A DNA stretch of 64,000 nucleotides from a virus. Positions 27,733-37,507 of the stretch are shown here, in pieces. The stretch lies in IMG/VR virus record IMGVR_UViG_3300006925_000007, positions 1 to 64,000 of that record. The stretch is one strand, 5' to 3'. Numbering within the stretch: position 1 is the stretch's first letter; each line of letters opens with the position of its first letter. The position numbers and the translations under genes are program-made. The notes beneath the pieces were generated by a model. The model worked only from the letters and a program-made list of their open reading frames with translations. It was not told the origin of the DNA and ran no database searches.

Positions 27733-29295
27733 TTATAACATACTAAAAGGCATAGGCTGCATAAAATCGTCATCATCGTCATCTACTAGGTATTCAAATG
27801 CTGATTCTTCATAGTTAACAATTTCTTGTGCCATTCGCACTATTAATATAAGTGCCATAACCAAGTCATCGTGTTCGCCGTCTTTTGCTGAATAACTATT
27901 ACCACGTGCAATAAAGACTTTGAGTTCGCCCAATAAGTTTTGACTTGCTATTTCTAGTTTATCTGTTTCTATCCAATGTTTTAGTTTACTACATGCTGTA
28001 AGTTTACTTTTATGTGTTGTAGTAAATCCTTTTCTAAACCTACGTGCATTACCGTGCCGTTTTGTTTCACTAATGAATGTGCCTGGAAAAAATTCTTCAC
28101 CTGTTTCTGCAATTACAACTAAAGCCGCTTCACCTAGTGTGTTATTCTCTACACTATAATACTGTTCTGCTTCACCATCTGTTTCAGTTTCTATATACAT
28201 TAATATTTCACGTAGTATTTTAATCTGACCTTGAACAGTAGTTTTATTGTGTTGCCATTCTGCTACTTGTTTCATTCCTGGCATTTCGTATACCTGTATT
28301 GCAGCAGAGTCGCCACCTGTTCCCAAACTTGGGTCCAATGATGACATGTATATTTTGTCTTTGCGTATTGGTCTATACCAACGCACCTGTCCCATTTTAG
28401 CATATGGTTGTTTTGCTTCCATTAATGATAGTTTGATACTGTCAATAAGTGTCTCGTCAAACGCAATAAACTCATTTAAGTGTTCACGTCTAAAACGTTC
28501 TTCGCCAATTTTGTTGCGTTCTTCTTCTGCCCATTCTTCATCTCTTTCTGGGTGATATTTCCAATCAGCGTTAAAGGATTTGAATCCATTTAATCCCAAT
28601 CCATTTTCTGTGTCGTTACCAAATTCATCTTGTGCTTTAGCAGCCTCTCTATAAATTTGTGCAAATTGGTCATCATCCTGATTTGGTGTGCTTGTAATAA
28701 TACATTTACCACCAGTTGATAATGTAGGTGATAGTGCTGTCCAAAATTCTTTGGCTATGTTAGGACGCACAAATGCAAATTCGTCTAAGTATGCTAATGA
28801 TATACTCAAACCACGTCCAGTATTTTCTGTTGTTGACTGTGCAATAATACGTGACCCATTATCAAATTCTAAACTACCTTTATTGTAACTTGTTACACCT
28901 GCACGTATAAAGTCTGGAAGTGTTTCGTATGCAAAACGTATACGTTGCATAATTTCACTTGCACCTGAATATTTGTGTGCTGCAATAAGAATCGTTTGAT
29001 CAGGAACAAACATAGCATACCATAATAGATATCCTGCTGCCGCTGTTGATTTACCCATTTGCCTACTTACCAATGCAATACTGTATCTGTTGTTGTGATA
29101 ACAGTCTACAAGTTCTTTTTGATAATCAAATAAGTCAAATTTTACACGACCTTTAGTTGGATGTTGAATCCAACAATGGTTTATCAAGAAGTATTTTGGA
29201 TCTTCAGCACACTTGGCTAATTCCAATAAATCTTCTTCTGTAAACTTTTCTTTTTGATACGGAGTTTTGGTTAATTTTGTATCTGCTGTGCTCAT
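27733..29295 (-). CDS. gp17: Terminase large subunit
   Basis: SRQMGKS, LDEFAF, ITSTPN, LDPSLGTGGD, HDDLVMA. Confidence 0.95.
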   Translation of the reverse strand: MSTADTKLTKTPYQKEKFTEEDLLELAKCAEDPKYFLINHCWIQHPTKGRVKFDLFDYQKELVDCYHNNRYSIALVSRQMGKSTAAAGYLLWYAMFVPDQTILIAAHKYSGASEIMQRIRFAYETLPDFIRAGVTSYNKGSLEFDNGSRIIAQSTTENTGRGLSISLAYLDEFAFVRPNIAKEFWTALSPTLSTGGKCIITSTPNQDDDQFAQIYREAAKAQDEFGNDTENGLGLNGFKSFNADWKYHPERDEEWAEEERNKIGEERFRREHLNEFIAFDETLIDSIKLSLMEAKQPYAKMGQVRWYRPIRKDKIYMSSLDPSLGTGGDSAAIQVYEMPGMKQVAEWQHNKTTVQGQIKILREILMYIETETDGEAEQYYSVENNTLGEAALVVIAETGEEFFPGTFISETKRHGNARRFRKGFTTTHKSKLTACSKLKHWIETDKLEIASQNLLGELKVFIARGNSYSAKDGEHDDLVMALILIVRMAQEIVNYEESAFEYLVDDDDDDFMQPMPFSML

Positions 29296-29376
29296 AATAC
29301 TATTTAGTCAATAAAAACGGCGTAGTTAATTAAAACTACACCGCTCTGTTATTCACCTGGGAGGAAACGTGAACTT

Positions 29377-30204
29377 TTATTTTTCTTTTTTTGCTTTGTA
29401 GGCTTCTTTAAGATCTTCTACTGTATGTTCTTTGATTCCTACTTTCATGCTTTCTGCATCTAAGTATCTTTTTAAACTTAGATTAACGCTTTGTGCAAAG
29501 TTTTCATATGGTTCACCATGTTCTGTAGCTTCTTCTTCAGCTGCACCTTCTGGTGTGTTTGCCCATTCGTCTAATTTTGTTTTAATTTTTTCTTCTGATA
29601 AACCTGCGTTTTTCATCATGTTAACTAGTTGTGTAGTATCCATTGTTGGAGACTCTTCTAATTCTTCTTTATCGTCTTCAGCTACTGCTACTTCTTCAAG
29701 CTCTTCGGTTTCTTCTTCAACTTTGTCAGCTTCTTCTTCAAGCTCTTCGGTAGTTTCTTCTGTAGTTTCTTCTGTAGTTTCTTTTACTTCTTTATCTTTG
29801 GCTGCTTTTTTCATTGTTTCTTTTTCATCGCCATCGCCATCTAAGTCAGCAAAATCTGGTTTTGCTTTTGCTTCTGGAAGTTCTTCTGTTGATGGTTCAG
29901 TTGGTTCAACTGACTCTTCTGTTTCTTCATCACCCATTGGTAACTCATGATGACGTCTAAAGTCTGCTACAAAATCTTCAATTTGATCGCCACTTAAATA
30001 ACGAACTAAATCATCAAATACTGGTTGACAGTCACCTTCAAAATGCATATCAATTAAATCATAAATTGGTTCTGCAAATTCGCCAACTGCTTCTTGTGCC
30101 ACTGGCTTCATTTCTCTTTGTGTTGCTTCTGGAGCCGGGCTTGGTGTTTCTTCAACCTTTGCTTGGCTACCAGCAAGTTTTAATATTCTCTCTAATTCAC
30201 TCAT
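29377..30204 (-). CDS. Highly acidic protein, putative prohead core/internal protein
   Basis: MSELERILKLAG, DLDGDGD loop, ETTE tandem repeats. Confidence 0.5.
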   Translation of the reverse strand: MSELERILKLAGSQAKVEETPSPAPEATQREMKPVAQEAVGEFAEPIYDLIDMHFEGDCQPVFDDLVRYLSGDQIEDFVADFRRHHELPMGDEETEESVEPTEPSTEELPEAKAKPDFADLDGDGDEKETMKKAAKDKEVKETTEETTEETTEELEEEADKVEEETEELEEVAVAEDDKEELEESPTMDTTQLVNMMKNAGLSEEKIKTKLDEWANTPEGAAEEEATEHGEPYENFAQSVNLSLKRYLDAESMKVGIKEHTVEDLKEAYKAKKEK

Positions 30205-30652
30205 TGCCTTTTTCCTTTTCTTTACGTAACTTTAATAATTCTTTAATTAATGAAGCGTTATATTCATCACCTGATAAATCCTTTGCTGGAACTTCTTCTG
30301 GTTCAAAGTGTTCTTCTTTTTCATCAACGTCTGTTTCGCCATCGCCTTTTACTTTTAGCACACCATCTTTCAATCCTAACATGTTTCCAATTTCATTTTG
30401 AATTTGGCTTGCTGTTGCAATTCTGTCTGTTGAAAAATCATACATATATACTTCATACCCTTTGTGTTTAGGGAAGTCTCTTGGCGCACTTTGTAGTATA
30501 GTTTTCTTCTCACCACTAAGTCCTTTAGAGTCGTATTTCATTAAGTGGTTCTCTATGCGATCACATTGCTCATCAGTTAATTGATGAACGGTTTTAATAC
30601 AGAAATTCCAAGTTTTATCAGATTCTGTTAGATATTGTGTAAATGATTTCAT
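30197..30652 (-). CDS. Putative internal head protein
   Basis: N-terminus MKSFTQYLTE resembles the T4 capsid-targeting sequence; late motif at 30672-30678. Confidence 0.5.
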   Translation of the reverse strand: MKSFTQYLTESDKTWNFCIKTVHQLTDEQCDRIENHLMKYDSKGLSGEKKTILQSAPRDFPKHKGYEVYMYDFSTDRIATASQIQNEIGNMLGLKDGVLKVKGDGETDVDEKEEHFEPEEVPAKDLSGDEYNASLIKELLKLRKEKEKGNE

Positions 30653-30670
30653 AACGTCTTCTCCATAATA

Positions 30671-31219
30671 CTATTTATCATCATTCTTCATTTTAGTCAT
30701 GATTTCAGCTAACAATTCTGATCTGTCTCCAATGATACGACCAGTTGCTTCTTCTGTATCCTCATCTGTGCCTAATTTATCTTTTACATATGCATCTGTT
30801 TTCTTTTCTTCTTGCTGTATTCGTTGTTGACGCATTTGTAATTCAATCATTTTCATTTTTTTGTCCATTTTAGCCTGTTTGGCCTGTAATGCGGCCGCAA
30901 GCATTTTACTTGCACTATCAAATATTGGTGCAGCATGCCTATCTTCTACATTTCTACCTAAATCTACTAAATCATCAAATGTTGCCATAGCCTTTGATGC
31001 ATATGCATCCATTTCTCTGTCAAGCTCTTCCATTCCTGTTACCATTGGAAGTGCTGCGTCGGCACGCTCGGCAATGCTTAGATCATCTTTATATTTAACT
31101 ATTTCGTTTTGAGTTTCTTCAACTGTCGGTTCATCAGGTTCAACTACTGATTCTGGAAGATTTGGCATTAAATCTTCAATTTTTGGCAGATTAAATTCTT
31201 CTTCTAATTTTTTTGTCAT
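30671..31219 (-). CDS. Terminase small subunit-like protein
   Basis: Helical hairpin plus C-terminal IIGDRSELL as in gp16-like proteins; late motif at 31239-31245; near gp17. Confidence 0.5.
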   Translation of the reverse strand: MTKKLEEEFNLPKIEDLMPNLPESVVEPDEPTVEETQNEIVKYKDDLSIAERADAALPMVTGMEELDREMDAYASKAMATFDDLVDLGRNVEDRHAAPIFDSASKMLAAALQAKQAKMDKKMKMIELQMRQQRIQQEEKKTDAYVKDKLGTDEDTEEATGRIIGDRSELLAEIMTKMKNDDK

Positions 31220-31241
31220 GTTAACCTCATTATAGTAGTAT

Positions 31242-31973
31242 TTATGCTAGTTTTCCGAACGCCCATTTACGTTCTTTACACCACCAGCATTCGCCACAAT
31301 GTTTAGAAAAATCAAATGTGGCTTCTTCACAACTTCTGGTTAAAGGAAATAATGTATCAGTTAAGTTATATCTATCATATAGTTCTGCTACTATCATCTT
31401 GTCGTATTTTGCAAATGGCCTGTTAAATTTCCAAAGATCAGGTTCCATATAAAGTTCTTCAGTAGGAACTGCAACATCTGAATCTCTTTCTAAATCTCTA
31501 CCGTCTGCAATATTATGTAACTCTAACTGTTCAGCTGATGGATTTGCTGTAATACCCATGTATTGAACAGAATCTTTATTATGTAGACTTTGTGTTAGAC
31601 TTTCTATATCATCGCTATATGCTGTTTTATTAATATCTACTCCATTCTCGTCAGGTCCATCATTACTATTAGCAACAGGTAAACTTTCATTATGATAATG
31701 CTTATAGTCACCCAATGGATATATTTTATCTATAAACTTTACTACTTGGTTTGCAAATTCATACTGATATGGTTTAGTTGATCCTACTGTGCTTGAAATT
31801 TTAAAATTAAGTTCTGTATTATATTCATTTTTATACTTTGCTAAAAGGAACATAAGTATTGAACTATCTGCTCCTCCTGACATTTTTACAATTACATCTC
31901 TACTGCCAGGAATATATATGTTAACATCGCCTTGACTAGTAGGCTCTGTCATTGTTAAATATTCTTTGGTCAT
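31242..31973 (-). CDS. QueC-like PP-loop ATPase
   Basis: SGGADS PP-loop; TRSC...HCGECWWCKER Zn cluster. Confidence 0.75.
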   Translation of the reverse strand: MTKEYLTMTEPTSQGDVNIYIPGSRDVIVKMSGGADSSILMFLLAKYKNEYNTELNFKISSTVGSTKPYQYEFANQVVKFIDKIYPLGDYKHYHNESLPVANSNDGPDENGVDINKTAYSDDIESLTQSLHNKDSVQYMGITANPSAEQLELHNIADGRDLERDSDVAVPTEELYMEPDLWKFNRPFAKYDKMIVAELYDRYNLTDTLFPLTRSCEEATFDFSKHCGECWWCKERKWAFGKLA

Positions 31974-32530
31974 TTCTTCCTCACAATTTTGTATGCAGAA
32001 TGAGATTCTATGTGTTTTTTAGTAGAGTTCCCAATTGTTGGTATCTTATACTGATCCATATATGCACTACTTAGCAATGGGTTAAACTCTAACCAAATTT
32101 CACCATTTATTTTTACAAGGTCTAAAAGTTTCTCGACTAAGTTTGAATATTGTCTGTCTGTAGAAATTGGTCCACCTGACTCGCTGTGCATTGCATTTGC
32201 ATTTGCAATTATATAATCGTATTGTTCATCTTTTTTAAGTATATCAAAACTAGTGTCTAATCCTGTATATTCCCAAAATATTGGGGTTACATATGGCGAG
32301 AGCCCACAATCTATCACTTCATTTTGAGATGAATTTGTGGTAATAACTGTATTGCCTTGTTTTGTTAGATGATGACTTAAATGTCCAGATCCTGCTCCAA
32401 TTTCAAGTATAAAACTATGACTTTTTATGCCTATACATTGTATTATTTCGTTAGATTCAATTTCACGCTCTTTATAGTCTACATGCCAGTCCCATACGCC
32501 TATATTGATTTGTCCTAATTTTTTGGTCAT
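31970..32530 (-). CDS. Class I SAM-dependent methyltransferase
   Basis: ILEIGAGSG motif I, YDYIIA, LVKINGEI. Confidence 0.7.
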   Translation of the reverse strand: MTKKLGQINIGVWDWHVDYKEREIESNEIIQCIGIKSHSFILEIGAGSGHLSHHLTKQGNTVITTNSSQNEVIDCGLSPYVTPIFWEYTGLDTSFDILKKDEQYDYIIANANAMHSESGGPISTDRQYSNLVEKLLDLVKINGEIWLEFNPLLSSAYMDQYKIPTIGNSTKKHIESHSAYKIVRKK

Positions 32531-32973
32531 TTCTTTCTCTTCTTAGAACGAGTAGGTTTATTAAAAATTTGATGTTCGGTTATTACTCTAAAACCCATTC
32601 CTTGTTGTCTGCACCATGCTTTTGCTGATTCCCATTTAGCATGATTAACTACTGCTTGTGCTTTATCTATCTGTGTTTTGGCTTCGCCTAATGTTTGCTT
32701 TGCTGGTTTAATCTCTACCATTTCTGCATGGTTGCCGCCTTGTTTATCTTTATAAACCAAAAGCAAATCTGGAACATATGTTGATGCTTTACCTGTTAAT
32801 GGATTTCTGTATGGAATTCTATGTGTTTCACTGCCCCAACCTAAAACGGCTGGGTGGTTATCACACATACGAAATACTGCTAATTCCCATCCACTTCTGT
32901 AGCGTGGTGCTTTTTTACCTAAGTATTTACCTGGGTTAGAAATCTCATATATGCCACTCATATAGTTAGGCAT
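32527..32973 (-). CDS. gp4: Head completion nuclease (T4 gp4-like, TnsA fold)
   Basis: NPGKYLG, YRSGWE, WGSE, YVPD, VEIKP, KWESA, FRVITE. Confidence 0.88.
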   Translation of the reverse strand: MPNYMSGIYEISNPGKYLGKKAPRYRSGWELAVFRMCDNHPAVLGWGSETHRIPYRNPLTGKASTYVPDLLLVYKDKQGGNHAEMVEIKPAKQTLGEAKTQIDKAQAVVNHAKWESAKAWCRQQGMGFRVITEHQIFNKPTRSKKRKK

Positions 32974-32976
32974 AAG

Positions 32977-33552
32977 TTACTGTCCTGAGTTTGAAGATTT
33001 TATTTCGAAGCCTTCGTATACAAAAGTTAATCTGTATTGAACTAACTGGCTGTCTGAATAATCTAGAGTATCTGCTGATATATCTGTAATAAACGGATTG
33101 TAAACAGTTATAGTGTTTATATCTGTTTTACTACCTTGTCTGATGATATTTAATGTTGTAATGTAGTTACGACTTGCTTGTAATTTAAAACCTTTAGGAC
33201 CTGCAAGATGAAATACTTCATCTTGGTCATTCATTGGTCCTTCATAGTAATAGTTTGAATATTCTTTGAGGAAAGATTCAAGTGTTGCCGGGTCTCTTGT
33301 GTCATATGCAACAACAGTAATAGGAGTGTAATCATAAGTAGTTTGAACAACTTTTTTACGATTATAGGCATTCATTGTCATTGCAGACGAAGACCAGCCC
33401 GGCATTGTAATACTTGCTATCTTATCAAGCGGAACATCTCCATCTAGTGTAGTAAGACTGGCAGTAAAATTGAACTTACTTCTTGGTACACCTTTAACAA
33501 TCGAGGCCTTTTGACCTTGATTGTATTTGTCATACGCATAGTTCGTTCTCAT
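32977..33552 (-). CDS. Tail-tube-fold protein (gp19/gp54-like)
   Basis: YNRKKVVQT...YTPITV...LDYSDS...LTFVYE; follows the tube gene. Confidence 0.65.
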   Translation of the reverse strand: MRTNYAYDKYNQGQKASIVKGVPRSKFNFTASLTTLDGDVPLDKIASITMPGWSSSAMTMNAYNRKKVVQTTYDYTPITVVAYDTRDPATLESFLKEYSNYYYEGPMNDQDEVFHLAGPKGFKLQASRNYITTLNIIRQGSKTDINTITVYNPFITDISADTLDYSDSQLVQYRLTFVYEGFEIKSSNSGQ

Positions 33553-33599
33553 TTACTGTCCCTTCTTCACTAGAGCTAAATTAACTTAGCTCGGGTTTC

Positions 33600-34226
33600 T
33601 TAAGTAGTGGCTTTGCCTAGGGTATCAGTTTCTACGTTTGTGTCTGCCATGAGTGTATTAGAGGCGTTATCATAACGTATTGTTGCAGTAACCTGCACCA
33701 TATCAGATGTTCCATAGTTTAGATCACCATATTGAACATTTGACAAGTAGCACCCTACTAATTCCCATGAATCTATTACCGTTGGTTTAGCTTGTCCATC
33801 TAGAGTTTCAATTAACATTGTAAATTTGTATGGATTTCCGCCGCCTGCATCGGTTCCGGTTCCTGCTGCACTTGCCGTTGCCTTTATTGCTTGGCCACCT
33901 TGTGTGCTATGATCTAATTGTTCTCTAAGTTGGTTACCAATTTTTTTAATAACGTTAGAATTCATATCGTCACGCATTACCAATGATACTGGTTCCCATG
34001 TGTGCTTACCTGCAAGGTATGTTTTTGAGTTATAAGAATCTACTATAACTTCTTCATGTGTTATTGATGGGCGTCCTATACTGATAACGTTTTGCGTTAC
34101 TTCAGTGATGTTTGCAGCGTTGCCGCCTAAACCAGTAAACGATACACGAAACCTATATTGCAACTTAGGCATTAAAGTTGCATTAGCATTTTCTACCGGG
34201 ACTCCAAATTGTGTTGTTACAGCCAT
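33600..34226 (-). CDS. gp19: Tail tube protein
   Basis: PKLQYRFRV, YLAGKHTW, WELVGC, GDLNY, TIRYDNA; downstream of sheath. Confidence 0.85.
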   Translation of the reverse strand: MAVTTQFGVPVENANATLMPKLQYRFRVSFTGLGGNAANITEVTQNVISIGRPSITHEEVIVDSYNSKTYLAGKHTWEPVSLVMRDDMNSNVIKKIGNQLREQLDHSTQGGQAIKATASAAGTGTDAGGGNPYKFTMLIETLDGQAKPTVIDSWELVGCYLSNVQYGDLNYGTSDMVQVTATIRYDNASNTLMADTNVETDTLGKATT

Positions 34227-34380
34227 ATTGTTTTCTCCTTGTAAACTGTATAAGTTTTTCTTCTACTAGAAAAACTTAACGTTTTTCTATATATTGTATT
34301 TATCAGATTAGACAAAAAAAATAAAGGCTACTTTTAAAAAGTAGCCCTTATTCGTATCTTATTGTATGATATACAAAATA

Positions 34381-36738
34381 TTAGCTTAATTCGCCAGTAT
34401 TTACAATTCTAATTGGAATGTAAATAAACTCTGCTGACTTTGAAGGCTCAATTGCCACGTCAATCCAAAATTCGTTTGCATCAATTCTTGCTGGTGTGTT
34501 GTTTGATTCATCACATACTACTGCAAAGTCAAAAACACCTCTTGTTTCTAATATACCACTCATAAATCCATCAAATGTTGATTTAGCATTTCTGCGAGTC
34601 GCTTCATCGTTTGGTTCAAACAAGTAAGGTCTTGCAATAACTGAGAATCTTTCACGTAAGTATGCTGTTAAACGAGCAACATTAACACGATCTAATGCAC
34701 TAGCTGATGGGTGTAAAGTCTTTTGACCCCACACTACAACACCTTCTGCAGGAAATCTTGCAATTGGGTTCAGTCTAGCATTATACATTGTGTCTCTGTT
34801 TCCTTGTGTAAGTGAAACTGATGTAAATTCATTTTCAGAAGTTAAATATCCAACACTTGCTGCATTTTGAACTTGACCACGTGTTAAGCCTGCTGGTGCA
34901 AACCATTGGAAGCTCACGTTATCACTGTATGCATATGTGTATAATGCCATGTGTGATGCTGGAGCAACAACGTTGTCGCCAGTTGCTGGGTTAGTTGTTA
35001 ATGCATGTGGATAATAAACTGCACTATAAGTATTTTTAGTAGCTAATCCTGATTCACCGTTTGAGCTTACGCCTACTCCGTTAACCCAGTTAACTGCTTC
35101 TGTTGGAGTTACACGGAATGGAGCATCAATAATAACAAACGCTGTTTCATTGCGATTGCTGTTTAATGTTACCATTTCGTCAGTCATTTCTGGATATCCA
35201 GGTGCTGCAATTAAACTAAATGCTACTGTTTCTTGTTGTAATTCTGAACCTGATGCACTTGCTTGCATTGCCGCTACCACTACTGCTCTTTGGGCATGTC
35301 TACCAAATGAACCTGAACCATCAACTTGGTTAGAAGCATGGTTACGCCATTTCCAAGATGTTGTTAGTGATGAATTATACTTTCTAACTGTTCCGCCTGA
35401 ACGACACATGTTAATACCAGTTGTTCCAACTGGGTGTAACAATGGGTCTGGAGAACCTGCTAATAGAGTTGCTTCAAAGGCAGCTGCTGTTGTATCGTTG
35501 GCAGTAATATCACCAAACACAACACCTGCTGATGTTGTTTGGTCTGCGTTATCTTTCTTAACCCATGCAGCACCGTTTGAACGGTAAATTGCTGGATAGC
35601 CTGCTTCATCAGTGTCAACCCAATAGTCACCTAAGGCGCCTACTGCTGGCTCGCCTGTTGCGTATGAAACGTTAGTTACACGTTGCCATTTTTGTGTTCC
35701 ACTATCGCTTGCAACTTCATAAATTGCTAATTCGTTAATGTCACCATCATGCCAAACTGTTCCATCAACTGGCGTTCCGCCTGGTTGTGTGTTTTGTCCA
35801 ACTACTACTATATCAGCCCAAGCTGAGCCTGTGTATACTTGAACAGCAAGTTTATCTGTTTGGTGGTCTAACCATATATCACCTGCGGCTAATGTTCTGT
35901 CTTTAGCGCCTGTTCCGTTTTGCATTACATCAGCTGTTCCGTTTGGTGCTGAGTCTTGTGCATATGTTACTGCTTTTGCCACAAAAGAACCTGCTGCTGT
36001 TGTGTATTGTGAAACATTTAAGTTAACACCGCTACCTGGTGTAGTAGTTTTAACCCATAAGTCGCCTGCACTTGGTGAACTTGGTTCGCTGTAGTGTGGT
36101 GCAAAGTCATCAACTGCTGCTGTTGCCCATGCGCCACTGGCTTCTTTCCAATATTTAATTTCAGTATCAGCTGCACCTACGGCTACTTCTACTAAGTATC
36201 CACCTGTTACAACTGTTGAAGTTGGATTGCCTTGACCGTCTGTAATTTCTACTGTTGGTGTAACCGCTTCCCAACCTGCTGTTGTTGAGTATTTAAACAG
36301 CCCCCAGTTAGATGTGCTTGGGTTAAGCCAGTATGTGTTGTTTGCTGCAGGACCTGTTGGTGCTGAGCTTTGTGGACGTAATGATGTTAAATCAACATCT
36401 GCTCTAACAATATAAGCTGCCGAGCTTTGTCCTAAAAATGAATATGCGGCTAATAGTCCGTATTCGTTAGTTTCATCACCTTGTGCGACAGAGGCGCCTA
36501 CTTTATGGAAATCAACATTACCGAAGTTTTGTGTTAATTCACGTTGTGATGTTACTAATACAGGTTTGCCTGCTTTTGATTTAACAGTTTGTGCTGCTAT
36601 ATCTGTTGTGCCAGTTGGGTCAACCTTGTCTTGGCCTGTCGCAATGAATAACATTGGAACTGTGCCTGTGCCAGTTGGACCGTAAACTGATTCGTCTGTG
36701 ATTGTTACCTGAACTCCAGGTGAAACAAGATTTGCCAT
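34381..36738 (-). CDS. gp18: Contractile tail sheath protein
   Basis: LVSPGVQV, WFAPAGLTRG, WGQKTL, LDRVNVARL, FEPND, AEFIYIPI. Confidence 0.95.
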   Translation of the reverse strand: MANLVSPGVQVTITDESVYGPTGTGTVPMLFIATGQDKVDPTGTTDIAAQTVKSKAGKPVLVTSQRELTQNFGNVDFHKVGASVAQGDETNEYGLLAAYSFLGQSSAAYIVRADVDLTSLRPQSSAPTGPAANNTYWLNPSTSNWGLFKYSTTAGWEAVTPTVEITDGQGNPTSTVVTGGYLVEVAVGAADTEIKYWKEASGAWATAAVDDFAPHYSEPSSPSAGDLWVKTTTPGSGVNLNVSQYTTAAGSFVAKAVTYAQDSAPNGTADVMQNGTGAKDRTLAAGDIWLDHQTDKLAVQVYTGSAWADIVVVGQNTQPGGTPVDGTVWHDGDINELAIYEVASDSGTQKWQRVTNVSYATGEPAVGALGDYWVDTDEAGYPAIYRSNGAAWVKKDNADQTTSAGVVFGDITANDTTAAAFEATLLAGSPDPLLHPVGTTGINMCRSGGTVRKYNSSLTTSWKWRNHASNQVDGSGSFGRHAQRAVVVAAMQASASGSELQQETVAFSLIAAPGYPEMTDEMVTLNSNRNETAFVIIDAPFRVTPTEAVNWVNGVGVSSNGESGLATKNTYSAVYYPHALTTNPATGDNVVAPASHMALYTYAYSDNVSFQWFAPAGLTRGQVQNAASVGYLTSENEFTSVSLTQGNRDTMYNARLNPIARFPAEGVVVWGQKTLHPSASALDRVNVARLTAYLRERFSVIARPYLFEPNDEATRRNAKSTFDGFMSGILETRGVFDFAVVCDESNNTPARIDANEFWIDVAIEPSKSAEFIYIPIRIVNTGELS

Positions 36739-36781
36739 AATTTAGCTCCTTTATTAAAAACGTAGAATCGTTGTCTACTTG

Positions 36782-36788
36782 TATTTAT
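36782..36788 (-). promoter_or_regulatory. T4-late-like promoter ATAAATA (representative copy, tail sheath)
   Basis: Same heptamer upstream of genes at 805, 5860, 8219, 11768, 15038, 20067, 23393, 27712, 30672, 31239, 34297, 38282, 47277, 49693, 50483, 57833, 63279 (minus) and 15070, 41869 (plus). Confidence 0.8.
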
Positions 36789-36833
36789 GGTAGGTGCTGT
36801 AAAAAGGGGTGGTTACAGAGTTAAGTATATACT

Positions 36834-37451
36834 TTATAGCAGGTATTTTAGCGTTTGTTGACGTAAATCTTCCAATGTGCCGATATTGTTAATCTGTTTA
36901 TCAAATGTCCAACCTGCCCAACTCCATTCACTTGGATGAACGCTTGGGTATTGTGTTTCCATTATATGTGGTGCGTGTTCTATATTTGCCTTACAAGCTG
37001 ATCCCCACCATTCTGGTTCACCGTCTCGCCAAACAACTGCGGTAGTTCCACCGAAACGTTTTATTACGTTTAGTTCATTAAAGAATCTACAATCGCTTAT
37101 AACAACATTCTTTTCGGCCATTGCAATTTGACGTTCACATGCTGCAACCCATATATCTGGATGAAAATGTCTACGCATAACATCTGTGCCTACTTGCTGT
37201 AGTGCTAGTCTGGGTGTGAAGTTAGGAATACTTAAACGCTCTGCCCACCATTCATCAACAGTTTCTCTCCAAACTCTGCTTTCTGGTGTATTGCCTTCTA
37301 GTAGTATTCTATCCCATTGAAATATATTAGCACATGCATCTTTTAATACACCTGCAAAACTAATACGCTGAAACCCTTCTTCGATTAAGAATCCGGCCGC
37401 TGTATCTTTGCCGTGTCCAATAAGTCCACATATACCAATTACTTTTTTCAA
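36834..37451 (-). CDS. gp1: Deoxynucleoside monophosphate kinase (T4 gp1-like)
   Basis: GLIGHGKDT, SFAGVLKD, PRLALQQVGT, ISDCRFFNE, HPSE; TTG start with AGGAG. Confidence 0.88.
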   Translation of the reverse strand: MKKVIGICGLIGHGKDTAAGFLIEEGFQRISFAGVLKDACANIFQWDRILLEGNTPESRVWRETVDEWWAERLSIPNFTPRLALQQVGTDVMRRHFHPDIWVAACERQIAMAEKNVVISDCRFFNELNVIKRFGGTTAVVWRDGEPEWWGSACKANIEHAPHIMETQYPSVHPSEWSWAGWTFDKQINNIGTLEDLRQQTLKYLL

Positions 37452-37475
37452 TGAAATCTCCTATAACTTTTATAT

Positions 37476-37504
37476 ATTATAGTAGAATATTAATGATTTG
37501 TCAA
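37476..37504 (-). promoter_or_regulatory. Sigma70-type promoter of dNMP kinase
   Basis: TTGACA-17-TATAAT. Confidence 0.8.
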
Positions 37505-37507
37505 GTA

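Noticed and set aside
11786-29295. Inteins or group I introns in helicase, UvsW, UvsX or terminase
   Set aside because: All are of normal length with contiguous motifs and no splice-junction or homing-endonuclease signatures
32527-32973. TnsA-like endonuclease as evidence of a Tn7-like element
   Set aside because: Motifs and context match T4 gp4 head completion protein; no TnsB/TnsC or terminal repeats
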